NCBI GenBank assembly: GCA_963845145.1
Contig: CAWJQU010000002.1
Coordinates: 256,001 to 320,000 of the forward strand
Source of the DNA: an uncultured delta proteobacterium
GTDB lineage: Bacteria > Desulfobacterota > Desulfobacteria > Desulfobacterales > QNYZ01
Direction of reading: 5' to 3'
DNA length: 64,000 bases
Numbering within the stretch: the stretch's first letter is position 1; every line of letters starts with the position of its first letter. The position numbers were made by a program, and so were the translations under genes. Below the pieces are notes generated by a model. That model did no database searches, was not told the DNA's origin, and saw only the letters and a program-made list of their open reading frames with translations. Positions 41,529 to 52,104 of this stretch are shown here, in pieces.

Positions 41529-41604
41529 CGTTCCGACAGGTCATTTTATTAAAAAATCGCCAAAACCTAAGTTGATAACCCGAAAAAGATCGGGATTGGA
41601 ATAA

Positions 41605-42180
41605 ATGAGTGTCAAAATTAAAAGTGATCGTCGACTAAACCGTCAATCCATCATACTGATTATTTTACTGATGATCGGCGTCGGCATTGTGGTTCTTCTT
41701 CAAACCAAAAATTCTTCTTTCAATCTATCGGGAAAGCCCCGGCTCGAAAAAGGAATGAAGGCGCCCGGTTTCACCTTGCCGGATCTTGACGGCAATTTGG
41801 TCAACTTAGCCGATCACACGGGCAATGTCGTTTTATTAAACATATGGGCGACCTGGTGTCCTCCGTGTGTTGAGGAGATGCCATCCATGGAAAAATTACA
41901 CCTGGCCTTAAAAGGTGAGCGCTTTAAAATCCTGGCGGTCAGCATAGATGCTTCGGGTGCCAAAGTGGTAGACCCTTTTATGAAAAAACATAAACTGACT
42001 TTTCCGGCGCTTATAGACGCCAAGGCAACCCTAAAGAATCTGTATCGGACAACCGGGGTCCCGGAAAGCTTTATAATAGATGGGAATGGAACGATTGTTG
42101 AAAAGGTAATCGGTCCGGCTGATTGGGCCAGTCCTGACGCGATCCGGTTTTTTCAGAGCCTCATTGCGAAAAACAAGTGA
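41605..42180 (+). CDS. TlpA/ResA-family thiol:disulfide oxidoreductase
   Basis: N-terminal TM, APGFTLPDLDG, NIWATWCPPC..EMP, GVPE. Confidence 0.93.
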   Translation: MSVKIKSDRRLNRQSIILIILLMIGVGIVVLLQTKNSSFNLSGKPRLEKGMKAPGFTLPDLDGNLVNLADHTGNVVLLNIWATWCPPCVEEMPSMEKLHLALKGERFKILAVSIDASGAKVVDPFMKKHKLTFPALIDAKATLKNLYRTTGVPESFIIDGNGTIVEKVIGPADWASPDAIRFFQSLIAKNK

Positions 42181-42187
42181 ATTCTAA

Positions 42188-42607
42188 ATGACTAACTCAA
42201 ATTGGGCCCTCATTTTCATCTGCTGGTTGGTTGCCGCTATCTCGACTTTGGGGAGTCTGTTTTTCAGTGATGTGATGGACCTTCCACCGTGTGCATTATG
42301 CTGGTATCAGCGTGTATTCATGTTCCCGCTTGTCATCATTTTAGTGAGTGGGCTGTTTCCCCTTGATAAAAAAATTACCCGGTATGCCCTTCCTTTGGCC
42401 GTCTGCGGATGGGCGGTTGCCTTTTACCATTACCTCCTTTATTCCGGATTTATTCCGGAAAGGATCCAGCCCTGCAGGCAAGGCGTATCATGTACCGAAA
42501 CCTACCTGGATTTATTTGGCTTTTTGACAATTCCCATGCTATCATTACTAGCCTTTTCCATCATTATCGTATTGCTGTTTGTGGTTAAAAGGAGAACGCT
42601 CAGATGA
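42188..42607 (+). CDS. Disulfide bond formation protein DsbB/BdbC
   Basis: GSLFFS...PCALCWYQR, C...VSC, TIP.LSL; four TM helices. Confidence 0.92.
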   Translation: MTNSNWALIFICWLVAAISTLGSLFFSDVMDLPPCALCWYQRVFMFPLVIILVSGLFPLDKKITRYALPLAVCGWAVAFYHYLLYSGFIPERIQPCRQGVSCTETYLDLFGFLTIPMLSLLAFSIIIVLLFVVKRRTLR

Positions 42608-43254
42608 AAAAACATCATATCGTTTTATTCTCAAGCGCCGTGCTTATCCTTGTTTTTGCCCTTGGCATTTATATGTATAAAAACAAACAAAAAGAGAAAT
42701 TTGATTTCCTGGCCCAGGAGAAAGCGTCGCTCTTTATCAGGGATTATTCGCAAATACTCGGAGACGATGATGCCAGAGTGTACCTTGTAAAATTTACCGA
42801 TCCGGCCTGCGAAACCTGTGGTGCATTTCACCCTTTGGTTAAAAAACTAATGGCGAAACACCCGGGTAAAATTAAACTGGTCCTGAGATATGCCCCATTT
42901 CATAAAGGCGCCGACTACATGGTTAAAATATTAGAAGCAGCAAAAAATCAGGGAAAATATTGGGAAACCTTGGATATTATGTATAAGACCCAAAGTCATT
43001 GGGCCAGTCATCATAACCCCCAACCTCAATTAATTTGGGAATTTCTCCCAATGGTCGGGTTAGACGTGGATAAGATAAAAAGCGACATGAAGAACCCTGA
43101 ATTTGAAAAACGGATCAAACAAGACCTGGCCGATGCCCAAACACTTAATGTTAAAAAAACACCCGGCTTTTTTGTAAACGGAAAGCCACTAATCAACTTC
43201 GGCTATAAACAACTTCAAGCGCTAGTGGAGGCGGAAATCAAAGCGAATTACTGA
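42604..43254 (+). CDS. DsbA/BdbD-like thioredoxin-fold protein
   Basis: F.DPACETC, LRYAPFH, TPGFFVNG; N-terminal anchor. Confidence 0.9.
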   Translation: MKKHHIVLFSSAVLILVFALGIYMYKNKQKEKFDFLAQEKASLFIRDYSQILGDDDARVYLVKFTDPACETCGAFHPLVKKLMAKHPGKIKLVLRYAPFHKGADYMVKILEAAKNQGKYWETLDIMYKTQSHWASHHNPQPQLIWEFLPMVGLDVDKIKSDMKNPEFEKRIKQDLADAQTLNVKKTPGFFVNGKPLINFGYKQLQALVEAEIKANY

Positions 43255-43277
43255 TATTGATGAAGGAGAGCTGATAG

Positions 43278-44342
43278 CTATGAAAGCAAAAGGGCTTTAA
43301 ATTTTCCGGGATTCTCCATGTACATTTTTATTGATTCCATATAGCCTCTCTGTTCAACAATACCGATGCCTCTTTTCAAGTGATGATATCTATCAAATTT
43401 CTCTTTTTTCTCCAGATCCGTTTCAACAAAGTCTCGGATTCTGTTTTCCAGATATTCATCAATCACTTCCGGAATCAGGGCATGAACCAATCCACCGACG
43501 ATGGCCTCTTCCACAGAAATCCAATCATCAACGATGGCTTCGACTTCTTTTACGGTCTTGGCCGACTTTTTAATTAGACTCTCTTTGATCCCCCTCTCCG
43601 TATATTCTCTAAGGGCAATGTGAAGTGTCTCTTCAGCGGGTACCATTAATGCGGTATAAGGATTCCTGGCGCTGTTTTGCCATATGGTATACTTGTTTCT
43701 TTTAAATTCAAACTCGCCGTCTTCGCGCATATGAATATCGGATCCGTAAGACCCTACAGTCCCATCAAAAGACCTTCCACTTAACTCAACCTGTAACTTC
43801 TTCCCCTCTGGATTTGAAAAAACATAAGTGACGAAAGATTCCTTAATGATATTATGAACTAAAAAAGCGGTGATACCATCTTCATCAGAGATTTCGGGTT
43901 TTTCTTGAAGCAGGGTTTGAATCTTTCGATAAGGATTCTTCAGTTTCGTTTTATCCAGAATATGGGTGATGACAGTTTTACAATAGCTTTCATAAAGCGT
44001 AGCATACTCTTTTCTTATTTCAGGCACATACAACAACCGATGGGAGATTTTGGCAAGTTTCCACTGTATTTTCGTACTTTCTAAACCGGTAGAAATTGTT
44101 TCCAATAAACCCGGTTGCCCGTTGAGATAGTCTAAATATTCTCCTTGCTCAGCCACATCAAGTTCGGATTCAAAATCGTTAAATGGATAGAATGGTTCTG
44201 TTTTATCCTCCAGCATGATCAGCTCCACTAACCGGGAATAATCACCGGGTTGATCGGGGGATCCCAATGCCATGCTGGTTATTGTGAAAAAAAAGATAAT
44301 GGTAATCGTAGCTTTACCCGAATAATATCTTCTTCTTTTCAT
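43278..44342 (-). CDS. Hypothetical exported protein
   Basis: Long ORF with a signal-peptide-like N-terminus from ATG 44342; no recognised family. Confidence 0.65.
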   Translation of the reverse strand: MKRRRYYSGKATITIIFFFTITSMALGSPDQPGDYSRLVELIMLEDKTEPFYPFNDFESELDVAEQGEYLDYLNGQPGLLETISTGLESTKIQWKLAKISHRLLYVPEIRKEYATLYESYCKTVITHILDKTKLKNPYRKIQTLLQEKPEISDEDGITAFLVHNIIKESFVTYVFSNPEGKKLQVELSGRSFDGTVGSYGSDIHMREDGEFEFKRNKYTIWQNSARNPYTALMVPAEETLHIALREYTERGIKESLIKKSAKTVKEVEAIVDDWISVEEAIVGGLVHALIPEVIDEYLENRIRDFVETDLEKKEKFDRYHHLKRGIGIVEQRGYMESIKMYMENPGKFKALLLS

Positions 44343-44804
44343 TCGCGACCTGCCATATGCCATTTTGTCTGGGTGGCATTTCATGAAAAATTTTTAGAAT
44401 TACTAAAAAGTGTAATTACCATTGACCCCTATTTGAACGACTGGTAGCGATATTTTCATCAAGTGGTTCACCGTTCCATCGCGCATAAGTGATCGTAAAG
44501 TTAATGTTTATTCAACAATGATTGCTATCCAGGCTCTTTCGGAAATGATTTAACCTGCTTTTCCCGGAAAATTTAAACAGACCGTTAAAGTGATATTCTA
44601 GCAAATTTTATGCCGATAAGGGTTTGCGCATAATAAGTTTGTCATTTTAGGTGATGAGGCGCCACTAAGGTAAGGCGTGTAAGTGTTGACATATAGAGAA
44701 ACAGCGGACTTCCTCAAAGTAACCAGGCGGGATGAATTGGCGTTTAAGAAATAGGGGCGGCTCAACCGCTTGCCACAGCGAAGGAGCCGCATTGAATCGC
44801 TTTT

Positions 44805-45422
44805 TTAGGCTTTGGGTATCGGACGAGTCTCACTAACCGGCGCACCCTCATAGGGTGTCCATTTGCTTGTTTTTAGCTGGCTTGGATCCCGCATTGTTTT
44901 CAGAATTTCGATACTCGTTTTCAAACCACGATTGGCTCGGCACAAGTCCATGGCCATGCCGGTGATTTGAGCAACCGACTGGACAAAGTTGACATCATCG
45001 ATGGTAAACTCCCAGGGTTCGGAGGTATACACCCGTAACGCGCCTATCGCTGTTTCTTGAATCACAATCGGCACCGACATGATGGAAGCGATCCCCTCTT
45101 TTTTGGCTGCTTCGGGGTATTGAATACGTGGATCATCGGAAACATCGTATATAGCTACGGGTCCCTCTTTTAATGAATCGGCGATCGATTCCAACGCACT
45201 CACCGGCCCCTTATTGATGTATTCATCGCTCAGGCCGAAAGAGGCTGCGACCTTCAATACATTGGTTTTACGATCAACCAAAAAGAGTGAGCAACCCTTT
45301 GCTTCCATAGCCGACTTAACCGCTTCAACTGTTACCAAGACGATCTCCTCGGGATCTCGGGTCGAACTTATCGCGTTTGTAATTTTTAGCAGCGTATCAT
45401 AGCTGATTAGTTTTTTTTCCAT
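44805..45422 (-). CDS. Stand-alone GAF domain protein
   Basis: AKGCSL.L, AASFGLS..Y..KGP, DPRIQYP..A..EGI.S..SVP, GALRVYT. Confidence 0.88.
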   Translation of the reverse strand: MEKKLISYDTLLKITNAISSTRDPEEIVLVTVEAVKSAMEAKGCSLFLVDRKTNVLKVAASFGLSDEYINKGPVSALESIADSLKEGPVAIYDVSDDPRIQYPEAAKKEGIASIMSVPIVIQETAIGALRVYTSEPWEFTIDDVNFVQSVAQITGMAMDLCRANRGLKTSIEILKTMRDPSQLKTSKWTPYEGAPVSETRPIPKA

Positions 45423-45592
45423 TACGCCCCCTTTTATTTATGTCACAATTAAAGGTTTCTAAATTGTGGAAACGGCTTTAATTTCCGAACATTGGGGAAA
45501 CTTTCGCAAAAGACTTACCGTCGAAAAAAAACTTGGAAATTACTAAAGACATAACCGGTTATCAAAATAATAAGGTGGGTAATCAACCGATT

Positions 45593-45636
45593 AAAAACAA
45601 AAGCCTCCTGGAGAATCGTAGCATCTCCGAGGAGGC
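45593..45636 (-). terminator. Intrinsic terminator in the region upstream of the GAF gene
   Basis: GCCTCC-TC-GGAGA...TCTCC-A-GGAGGC stem followed by TTTTGTTTTT on the minus strand. Confidence 0.6.
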
Positions 45637-45763
45637 CCTAAAATGGCAGTTTCATGAGAACCTTTTCCATGGCAATTCGCCTTTGGATAGGTGTTTGATT
45701 GCAGGAAGTTCCTGCAAGGAATAATAAACCAAGACGAATTGCAATGTCAAACATTATAATCTC

Positions 45764-45790
45764 TAAAGTTTTCAGACAAAATGTCGATAC
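45764..45790 (+). promoter_or_regulatory. sigma28 (FliA) promoter of the MCP gene
   Basis: TAAAGTTT-N11-GTCGATAC versus consensus TAAAGTTT-N11-GCCGATAA. Confidence 0.75.
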
Positions 45791-45910
45791 AAGAAATACG
45801 GGTTACAGAAAGTTAATTTCTTTGCCATAAAAAACATTGAGAAATGATCCAATTTTCAAACACTTTCAACTCGCCGCCTTCGCTTTTGGTATGGTCGCCA
45901 TTAGAAAGTA

Positions 45911-47581
45911 ATGAAAAGAAACAACCCTACAACTAAAAGAAAGGATCTTATGCCAACCCCGCAATCAAAAACATCCCGGTTTGGAATTTCATTTAAGACC
46001 TCTGTGGCGAGCGGTTTGACTATTTTGATATTGTTGGTAATTAGCAGCGCTGTATCATTGCATATGGAATCCGGTCTGGTTTCATACCTTACCGGTCTTC
46101 ATATTGACAGCGTGAAGGACTCCATCGACCAGCGAGCTCAAAATGAAAAAAAAATACTTAGCGAAAATATGCGGGTTAATGCCAACATCTGTTCGGGAAT
46201 CGCCGCCAAGTCTTTGTATGATTTCGATGAAATTGGATTGGCCCAAACCCTCGGACCATATATGAAACTACCTGCTATTTTAGCCATTCAGGTGGTCGAC
46301 CATAACCAGAAACCTTTTTTAGCACTCTGGAAGGCACCGGAAATAAAATCGGCAAATACCCTGCCTGATGATATTAAAATAACAGAAGACCTTTCCTGGA
46401 GTGCAGACGCTATTTTTGAGAAAAACAAAGTAGGTATGGTTCAGATATTTTTTACGGAAATGCATGTAAATGCACAAATCCTTGAAAACCGAAAAATAAT
46501 GGATTCAGAAATCGCTTCATTTCAATTGGCCGCCGACCAAGGGCATCGGCGCGCTCTTATCCAACAAGTATCCATTAACTTTGCAGTGATTTTTCTTTTG
46601 GTATCTATCATCACTCTATGTCTGAAAATTGTTGCAACTAAGCCCTTAAATCGTATCATAGAAGGACTGCGTTCTACTTCCGGAGAGGTCGCATCAGGGT
46701 CGAAACAAATCGCCATAGCGAGCCAGAGTCTGGCAGAATCGGCTTCTGAACAAGCTGCTGTAATTGAGGAAACCTCTGCCACAATGGAAGAGATATCCGC
46801 AAGGGCCGAACAAAATACTAGAAGTGCCGATAAAGTGAACCAAATTATGAGTGAAGAGGCCACTGCTAATTTCGAGCGAGTGCAAGAACGAATGGAAAAA
46901 ATGAAATCCGCCATCGATGCCACGGTTAAATCGAGCCAGGAGACGGCAAAAATCATAAAAGCTATTAATGAAATCGCCTTCCAAACGAACCTTCTTGCGT
47001 TGAATGCTGCCGTGGAAGCTGCCCGTGCCGGTGAAGCCGGATCTGGGTTCGCAGTGGTAGCCGATGAAGTACGTAATCTGGCAATGCGATCCGCTGAAGC
47101 AGCCACCAGCACAAGTGCTCTTATTGAAAATGCTGAGAACCGTATCAACGAAACGAGCCAGCTCAGCCAACAGGTAGTAGAAGTCCTGGGAGATAACAGT
47201 GTCATCGCCCAGAAGGTAACAGTGTTGGTCGGGGAAATCGCAGAGGCGTCTAGAGAGCAGGCCAATGGGATAGAACAGGTCAACCAATCGACTTCGGAAA
47301 TGGATCGCGCCATTCAAAGTAGTGCTGCCAGTGCCGAAGAGTCGGCCTCGGCATCCCAGGCAATGAGCGCACAAGCATTAGAAATGGAACTATTTGTGGA
47401 AAATTTGGCCACAATCGTAAAAGGCTCGAGTCAACGAGAAACGGGCCTGGAGGCAGAACCCGTCTTAAATGAAGGTGGCAGAGCAAGCCGTAGACAAAAC
47501 AAGCACCCTCGCCGATGGTTGGCCGGAATCGCGCGAAAAACGACCGGGCATGCATTGTCGCCTGCCCATACAGGTAAATAA
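45911..47581 (+). CDS. Methyl-accepting chemotaxis protein
   Basis: Two TM helices; [32 protein letters not shown] signalling hairpin. Confidence 0.96.
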   Translation: MKRNNPTTKRKDLMPTPQSKTSRFGISFKTSVASGLTILILLVISSAVSLHMESGLVSYLTGLHIDSVKDSIDQRAQNEKKILSENMRVNANICSGIAAKSLYDFDEIGLAQTLGPYMKLPAILAIQVVDHNQKPFLALWKAPEIKSANTLPDDIKITEDLSWSADAIFEKNKVGMVQIFFTEMHVNAQILENRKIMDSEIASFQLAADQGHRRALIQQVSINFAVIFLLVSIITLCLKIVATKPLNRIIEGLRSTSGEVASGSKQIAIASQSLAESASEQAAVIEETSATMEEISARAEQNTRSADKVNQIMSEEATANFERVQERMEKMKSAIDATVKSSQETAKIIKAINEIAFQTNLLALNAAVEAARAGEAGSGFAVVADEVRNLAMRSAEAATSTSALIENAENRINETSQLSQQVVEVLGDNSVIAQKVTVLVGEIAEASREQANGIEQVNQSTSEMDRAIQSSAASAEESASASQAMSAQALEMELFVENLATIVKGSSQRETGLEAEPVLNEGGRASRRQNKHPRRWLAGIARKTTGHALSPAHTGK

Positions 47582-47592
47582 GGAGATATATC

Positions 47593-48360
47593 ATGACGCA
47601 TGTTAAAGAACAAAAAATGGGAATTCCTGACTGGAAAAGGATAATGACAATCGCCATCATGGCTATACTGGCCCAATTGGGGTTAGGCGATTCTCCAGCG
47701 GAGGCCATAGATATGAAGGCCAGTTTGGCGCAGATGCCCGTCTATGCCGAAAGTGTGGATAAAGGTGTTCTCGTAGATTTTGTTAAAGCCTTGGGTAAAG
47801 CCGCCGGCAAAGAGATAGAAATGCAAGTGGTTCCATTCAACCGCTCCATGAATGATGCCGTCAAAGGAAATGTGGATTTTCACGTGCCGTTGATCAAAGC
47901 GGATAATGTTGACGAAAGCACTCTTGATTACCTGCATTCAACAGAAACAATATTTCATGTTAATTTTGTCCTTTATACGAATAAAAGCAAAATGTTAGAT
48001 ATAGACAAAATGAAAGATTACCGGATTGAAACGGACCTTGCTCACGTTAAATACTTTAATTTTCCCGTTACCGGATCATCCAACATTGTCAGTAGCTTGA
48101 AAAAAGTCAACGCTGGACGTATCGATGGGTTCATATTTGCCGATTTTGCTTCCGACCCAATTGTCAAGAATGAGGGGTTAGGTGACTTGCAGCGATCTCT
48201 TTACAAAATTTTTGATGTGAAAATCATTCTGCCTAAAAACGAAAAAGGCAAAGCCACAGACGCTTATTTGACCGATACCATCGCCAAACTTCGGTCCGAT
48301 GGAACATTTAGTCAAATTATGAGCGCCATTGACAAGCCTTACAACGACTGGCAACCCTAA
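47593..48360 (+). CDS. Periplasmic substrate-binding protein (family 3-like)
   Basis: Signal peptide; GVLVD...PFNRS...G.VDF; LKKV.AGRIDG. Confidence 0.8.
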   Translation: MTHVKEQKMGIPDWKRIMTIAIMAILAQLGLGDSPAEAIDMKASLAQMPVYAESVDKGVLVDFVKALGKAAGKEIEMQVVPFNRSMNDAVKGNVDFHVPLIKADNVDESTLDYLHSTETIFHVNFVLYTNKSKMLDIDKMKDYRIETDLAHVKYFNFPVTGSSNIVSSLKKVNAGRIDGFIFADFASDPIVKNEGLGDLQRSLYKIFDVKIILPKNEKGKATDAYLTDTIAKLRSDGTFSQIMSAIDKPYNDWQP

Positions 48361-48369
48361 TGAGTGAAT

Positions 48370-48422
48370 CCTACCGGGCATGGGCCGCAACCGTGGATCA
48401 CATGCCCATGCCCACGCGTAGG
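48370..48422. repeat. Inverted repeat between convergent genes (terminator or REP-like)
   Basis: CCTAC.GGGCATGGGC...GCCCATGCCC....GTAGG. Confidence 0.5.
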
Positions 48423-48438
48423 TATTTTTCCGGTTGCT

Positions 48439-49290
48439 TCAATCGGTATCATCCACTACCCGATTTTCCAAAGGAGCAAAACCTGTAATCTCACACCGGG
48501 CCCTGTCTCCGGGATGGATGGCACAAGCACCCGGCGTGCCGGTCGAAATCACGTCCCCGGGCTCCAAAGTCATGACATGGGAGTGGTAATGCACGAGATC
48601 CAGGGGGCCGAAGGTCATGTTCGATACGGTATTGGACGCCTGCGTTTTCCCATTGACCACCGTGCGAACGGTGAGCCCCTCAAGGTCGTCGATTTCATCT
48701 GCTGTGATGACTTCCGGGCCAAAGCTGAAAAAAGTGTTGAAGCTCTTGGCACGCGTCAGATAGCGGGGGTTTTGCTTCAAAATATCCAGGGCGGTCATGT
48801 CGATAATAGTGGTAAAACCGAAAATGGCTTCACGTGCTTCATTTAAAGAAATTTTGTGACATGTTTTTCCTATGATAATACCCAGTTCACCTTCTGCCGT
48901 CACTTCCCGGGCCAGCTTTGGGAGCCTGATTGCCTCTCCCGGTCCTATCACCGCTGTAGCCGGCTTCATGAAACTGGCCGGCTGCTCCGGTGTTTTTTCA
49001 TTCAAATCAGCCGCGTGATCCTGATAGTTAAGGCCGATACCCCAAATTTTACCGGGCCGCCGCAAGGGCGGACCGAAACGTACCGCCTCTTTGCCGATGG
49101 CTGCAGAATTTTCCATCACGGCTAGAGCCGATTTTATTGCCGAAAGGCAATCACCGGCAATCAAATCTCCGAGAATTTCCGGAAAACGCGTTTTGGCCCC
49201 GGCATTGATCCTGCAGATAGGAATCCACCCTGTTTTGCCCAATACCGCAGCCTGTTCCCGGCCTTTTATTACAATAGTGGCAAAACGCAT
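48439..49290 (-). CDS. Fumarylacetoacetate hydrolase family protein
   Basis: GIGLNY.DH, F.KP, EGEL, RAKSF.TF..GP, GDVISTGTPG. Confidence 0.93.
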   Translation of the reverse strand: MRFATIVIKGREQAAVLGKTGWIPICRINAGAKTRFPEILGDLIAGDCLSAIKSALAVMENSAAIGKEAVRFGPPLRRPGKIWGIGLNYQDHAADLNEKTPEQPASFMKPATAVIGPGEAIRLPKLAREVTAEGELGIIIGKTCHKISLNEAREAIFGFTTIIDMTALDILKQNPRYLTRAKSFNTFFSFGPEVITADEIDDLEGLTVRTVVNGKTQASNTVSNMTFGPLDLVHYHSHVMTLEPGDVISTGTPGACAIHPGDRARCEITGFAPLENRVVDDTD

Positions 49291-49376
49291 ACAAATTACC
49301 TCCTGTTTTCATCTCTTTTTCTATTGAAGCTCAATACAGAAGCTGCCCCAAGTCCGATCTCTACAACCGGGATCAT

Positions 49377-50276
49377 TTATTGTTGGAGATCGTAGCCGCG
49401 CGCTTCCAGGTGCGCAACAATCCGAAACAGGTGTTCCAGCGTTTTCTCGTCTGCCTGGGGGCCTGGGTGACGAACCACAGCTGTCTTGATAGCCCCTCGC
49501 CGGACCAGGATGTGCTTGCGCATGGAGACGCCAATACCTGTTTGAAACTCGAAGCGAATCAAGGGCAGGATGTCATAGAACAATGTTGCGGCACCGTCGA
49601 CGTCACCGATCTTATACTTCCGGTACAGTTCAACCAGAAGCTCCGGATAGGCGAATCCGGTCATCAACCCCACGGCCCCGCGATCCAACTCCTCAAAAGC
49701 GAACAAGCCGCCCAACGCACCGAACACCTTTAGCCCGGGACCGGGGTTTCGCTGAAGGGCAGCCATTTTCGGCCCGGTAGGAGGATCCTCCAGCTTTATA
49801 TATTCAACATGCGGGCACTCATTGAACAACCGCGCAATAAGATCGGCCGACATCAATATTTTGGTTTCCGCCGGAAAGTCGTGAATAATGATGGGAATGT
49901 CGACGGCAGCAGCGACCCGCTGGTAGTAAACGAAAATTGTGTCATCATTCTGAACCGGTGGCGGGCCCACCAACAAGGCATCGGCGCCCAATTCCTGCGC
50001 TTCAATAGCCCATGCCACGGCTAGATCCGTAGCCAAAGCCCGAACACCCACAACCAGCCCCAAACCCTTTGGAAGCGTATCCTTAAATGTTCTCACCACT
50101 AATGTACGTTCACGCTCATTTAGCTTATGGCCCTCGCCCAGAACCCCCAGCACGGCCAACCCCTGAACCCCGCGTTGGGCCATGAAAAGTGTTAAACACT
50201 TGATTCCGGTGACATCGACCTCGCCCGAATGATTAAATGGCGTCGGGACGATGGGGTAGATTCCTTCTATCTTCAT
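49377..50276 (-). CDS. DHDPS/N-acetylneuraminate lyase family aldolase
   Basis: GIYP..PTPF, LGVLGE, GADALLV.PP, YIKLED Schiff-base Lys; RBS GGAG before 50276. Confidence 0.9.
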   Translation of the reverse strand: MKIEGIYPIVPTPFNHSGEVDVTGIKCLTLFMAQRGVQGLAVLGVLGEGHKLNERERTLVVRTFKDTLPKGLGLVVGVRALATDLAVAWAIEAQELGADALLVGPPPVQNDDTIFVYYQRVAAAVDIPIIIHDFPAETKILMSADLIARLFNECPHVEYIKLEDPPTGPKMAALQRNPGPGLKVFGALGGLFAFEELDRGAVGLMTGFAYPELLVELYRKYKIGDVDGAATLFYDILPLIRFEFQTGIGVSMRKHILVRRGAIKTAVVRHPGPQADEKTLEHLFRIVAHLEARGYDLQQ

Positions 50277-50582
50277 TGCAATTTTTCTCCAACCGTTTTG
50301 CCCGCTAAAAACCCATTGGCCGTTTTCCATATCAGGGATCAGAGTCCCATCTGGGTTTTAATAAAGAGTAAAATGATAACATGCTTTATTGAGTGACGGG
50401 TAATTTTTATTTTGCCCTGTTGTTTTACATCTGTGAAGTTAAATTCACAATCCCTTTTTAATTATAACCTAAACTACACAATCTCCGATAATTTTTATTA
50501 TTAGAATTCATCCAGATTCTATTATGAAGTTTTATATTACTGTATTTATTATAATTTATTTTTTTTACGCCCTAAGCCAATT

Positions 50583-50598
50583 TTGGCATGATGCATGC
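50583..50598 (+). promoter_or_regulatory. sigma54 promoter of the PEP-CTERM pseudogene
   Basis: TTGGCATGATGCATGC (GG-N10-GC); upstream palindrome TGTGAA-N6-TTCACA at 50432-50449. Confidence 0.65.
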
Positions 50599-50681
50599 GA
50601 TATACATTCAAAATATCTTTTAAATTATATTCCATTTGGAAGGTTCTACAGAAAAACTTTTAAGAGAGGAGATTTTTGAAG

Positions 50682-51350
50682 ATGAAAAAATTTACAAAGA
50701 CACTTTCATTGTTGGGCGTATTTTTATTAATTGCAGCAAATGCCTGGGCGACTACCATGGCCGGGGATGACGGTTAGAATGGATTGCTGGTGATTTTAGT
50801 GTCGACCCGGCGGCATGAATCAAATGACAATCGTGAGTGATTCTAAGGCACAATAGGTGAGCTTATGCTGCTTTTGCTTCGAAATCATGAGTATATTTTG
50901 TCTGGGAACAACCTATGAAGTTGATTCTGTGAGCTGAATATGCCACTGGCGGAAATGGTAATCCTTATTATACTGAACGAGCAGGATCCCAATTACCCAG
51001 AAACAATCAAATGGCTATATGCCTCTTATCAGACAGGACAATTTTGATCAACTGAGTAATGCCATGAAGTAAACCAAGTCAGAAGCCATCTGGCATTGGA
51101 GAGTGAAGATTGAGGCTCTGTTAGCTGATGGGATACACTTAACCGGTCAATATGCATATAATGGAAATTACTCTGTTAGATGGTTGGGATATTCGGAGTC
51201 GTAAATCTTTTGAGATATGAACAAGGAAATTGATGTACTCAGAGTCAACTGGTTGGAGCGGCCCCGGTCCCTGAGCCCGCCACGATGCTGCTATTAGGTA
51301 CAGGATTGATTGGCATGGCTGGTATGGGACGACGCCGTCTTAAAAAATAG
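50682..51350 (+). pseudogene. Decayed PEP-CTERM (exosortase-target) protein gene
   Basis: RBS GAGGAG; signal peptide MKKFTKTLSLLGVFLLIAANAWA; stop at 50775 and several frameshifts; intact tail APVPEPATMLLLGTGLIGMAGMGRRRLKK*. Confidence 0.88.
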
Positions 51351-51378
51351 TTTGTACAAAGATAGAACCAATATTTTA

Positions 51379-51407
51379 AAAAGGGCGAGGCTTACCTCGC
51401 CCTTTTA
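51379..51407 (+). terminator. Terminator, possibly bidirectional
   Basis: AAAAGGGCGAGG-CTTA-CCTCGCCCTTTT. Confidence 0.8.
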
Positions 51408-51425
51408 TTATTCCAGCAGCACCCC

Positions 51426-51803
51426 TTATCCCATTCTCACTTCAAACGGTCCTTTTTTATAAAACCGGTCGAAAATATCGCTGAATCCATCTGCCAGTTC
51501 AGTTGAGTGGGCTTTGGCTTCGGAAAATCAGCCAGGCGATGACCTTCAGTTAAATGAATGCGCAGATGTCGAAATTGACAAGTTTTTAAACGGTTATTCG
51601 ATACGATCTGTCAATTCAGTGCAGGCAAGCAAACGATACCCGACAAGGTCAATTCCAAGCTCTTCTTTCATTTCACGAGCAATACATTCAAAGGAGACCT
51701 CGTCCGGTTCGACGTGCCGTCTGGGCATATCACATGTGCCTGGATAGGGAGATTGTGGGGACATCATCATGCTTCAAGAGCAACACTTCTTGATGTTCAT
51801 TGG
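51426..51803 (-). pseudogene. Degenerate paralogous copy of the NUDIX gene at 52517-52945
   Basis: Collinear DNA similarity (e.g. ATAAAACCGGTCGA, GTTAAATGAATGCGC, CCCGACAAGGTCAA, TCTTCTTTCATTTCACGA, CAATACATTCAAAGG) with indels; 5' end lost. Confidence 0.85.
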
Positions 51804-51816
51804 GCCCACGGCTGAC

Positions 51817-52104
51817 CTATAACTTGGAGCAATCCACCGGCCAGATTGAGCGGAGCACGCGATTCAAACCGATGACAGCATCTTTGGAACAATATAGGTG
51901 ATTAAGCGTATAAAAGTGATTGAGTACGCCAATGGCTTGATTTGTCTGACGCAAGGTGCCGACCTTATTATTATTTAACACCGCTTTAGCTTTGGGGAGT
52001 AGATAAGGACAATTGTCTACTTTCATTACGCCTTCGATACAAACGCGACAACTCTGATTAGCCAACTGCACAATATTTTCGAGCGAAAGAGGGTTGAGTT
52101 CCAT
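51817..52104 (-). CDS. Hypothetical protein
   Basis: ATG 52104 with a GAGG RBS, ~95 aa, contains CxxC; no family recognised. Confidence 0.35.
   Translation of the reverse strand: MELNPLSLENIVQLANQSCRVCIEGVMKVDNCPYLLPKAKAVLNNNKVGTLRQTNQAIGVLNHFYTLNHLYCSKDAVIGLNRVLRSIWPVDCSKL

Noticed and set aside
44683..44754. Mini-ORF VLTYRETADFLKVTRR resembling an excisionase-type HTH start
   Set aside because: Only 23 codons, with no integrase or att site nearby; too short to support.
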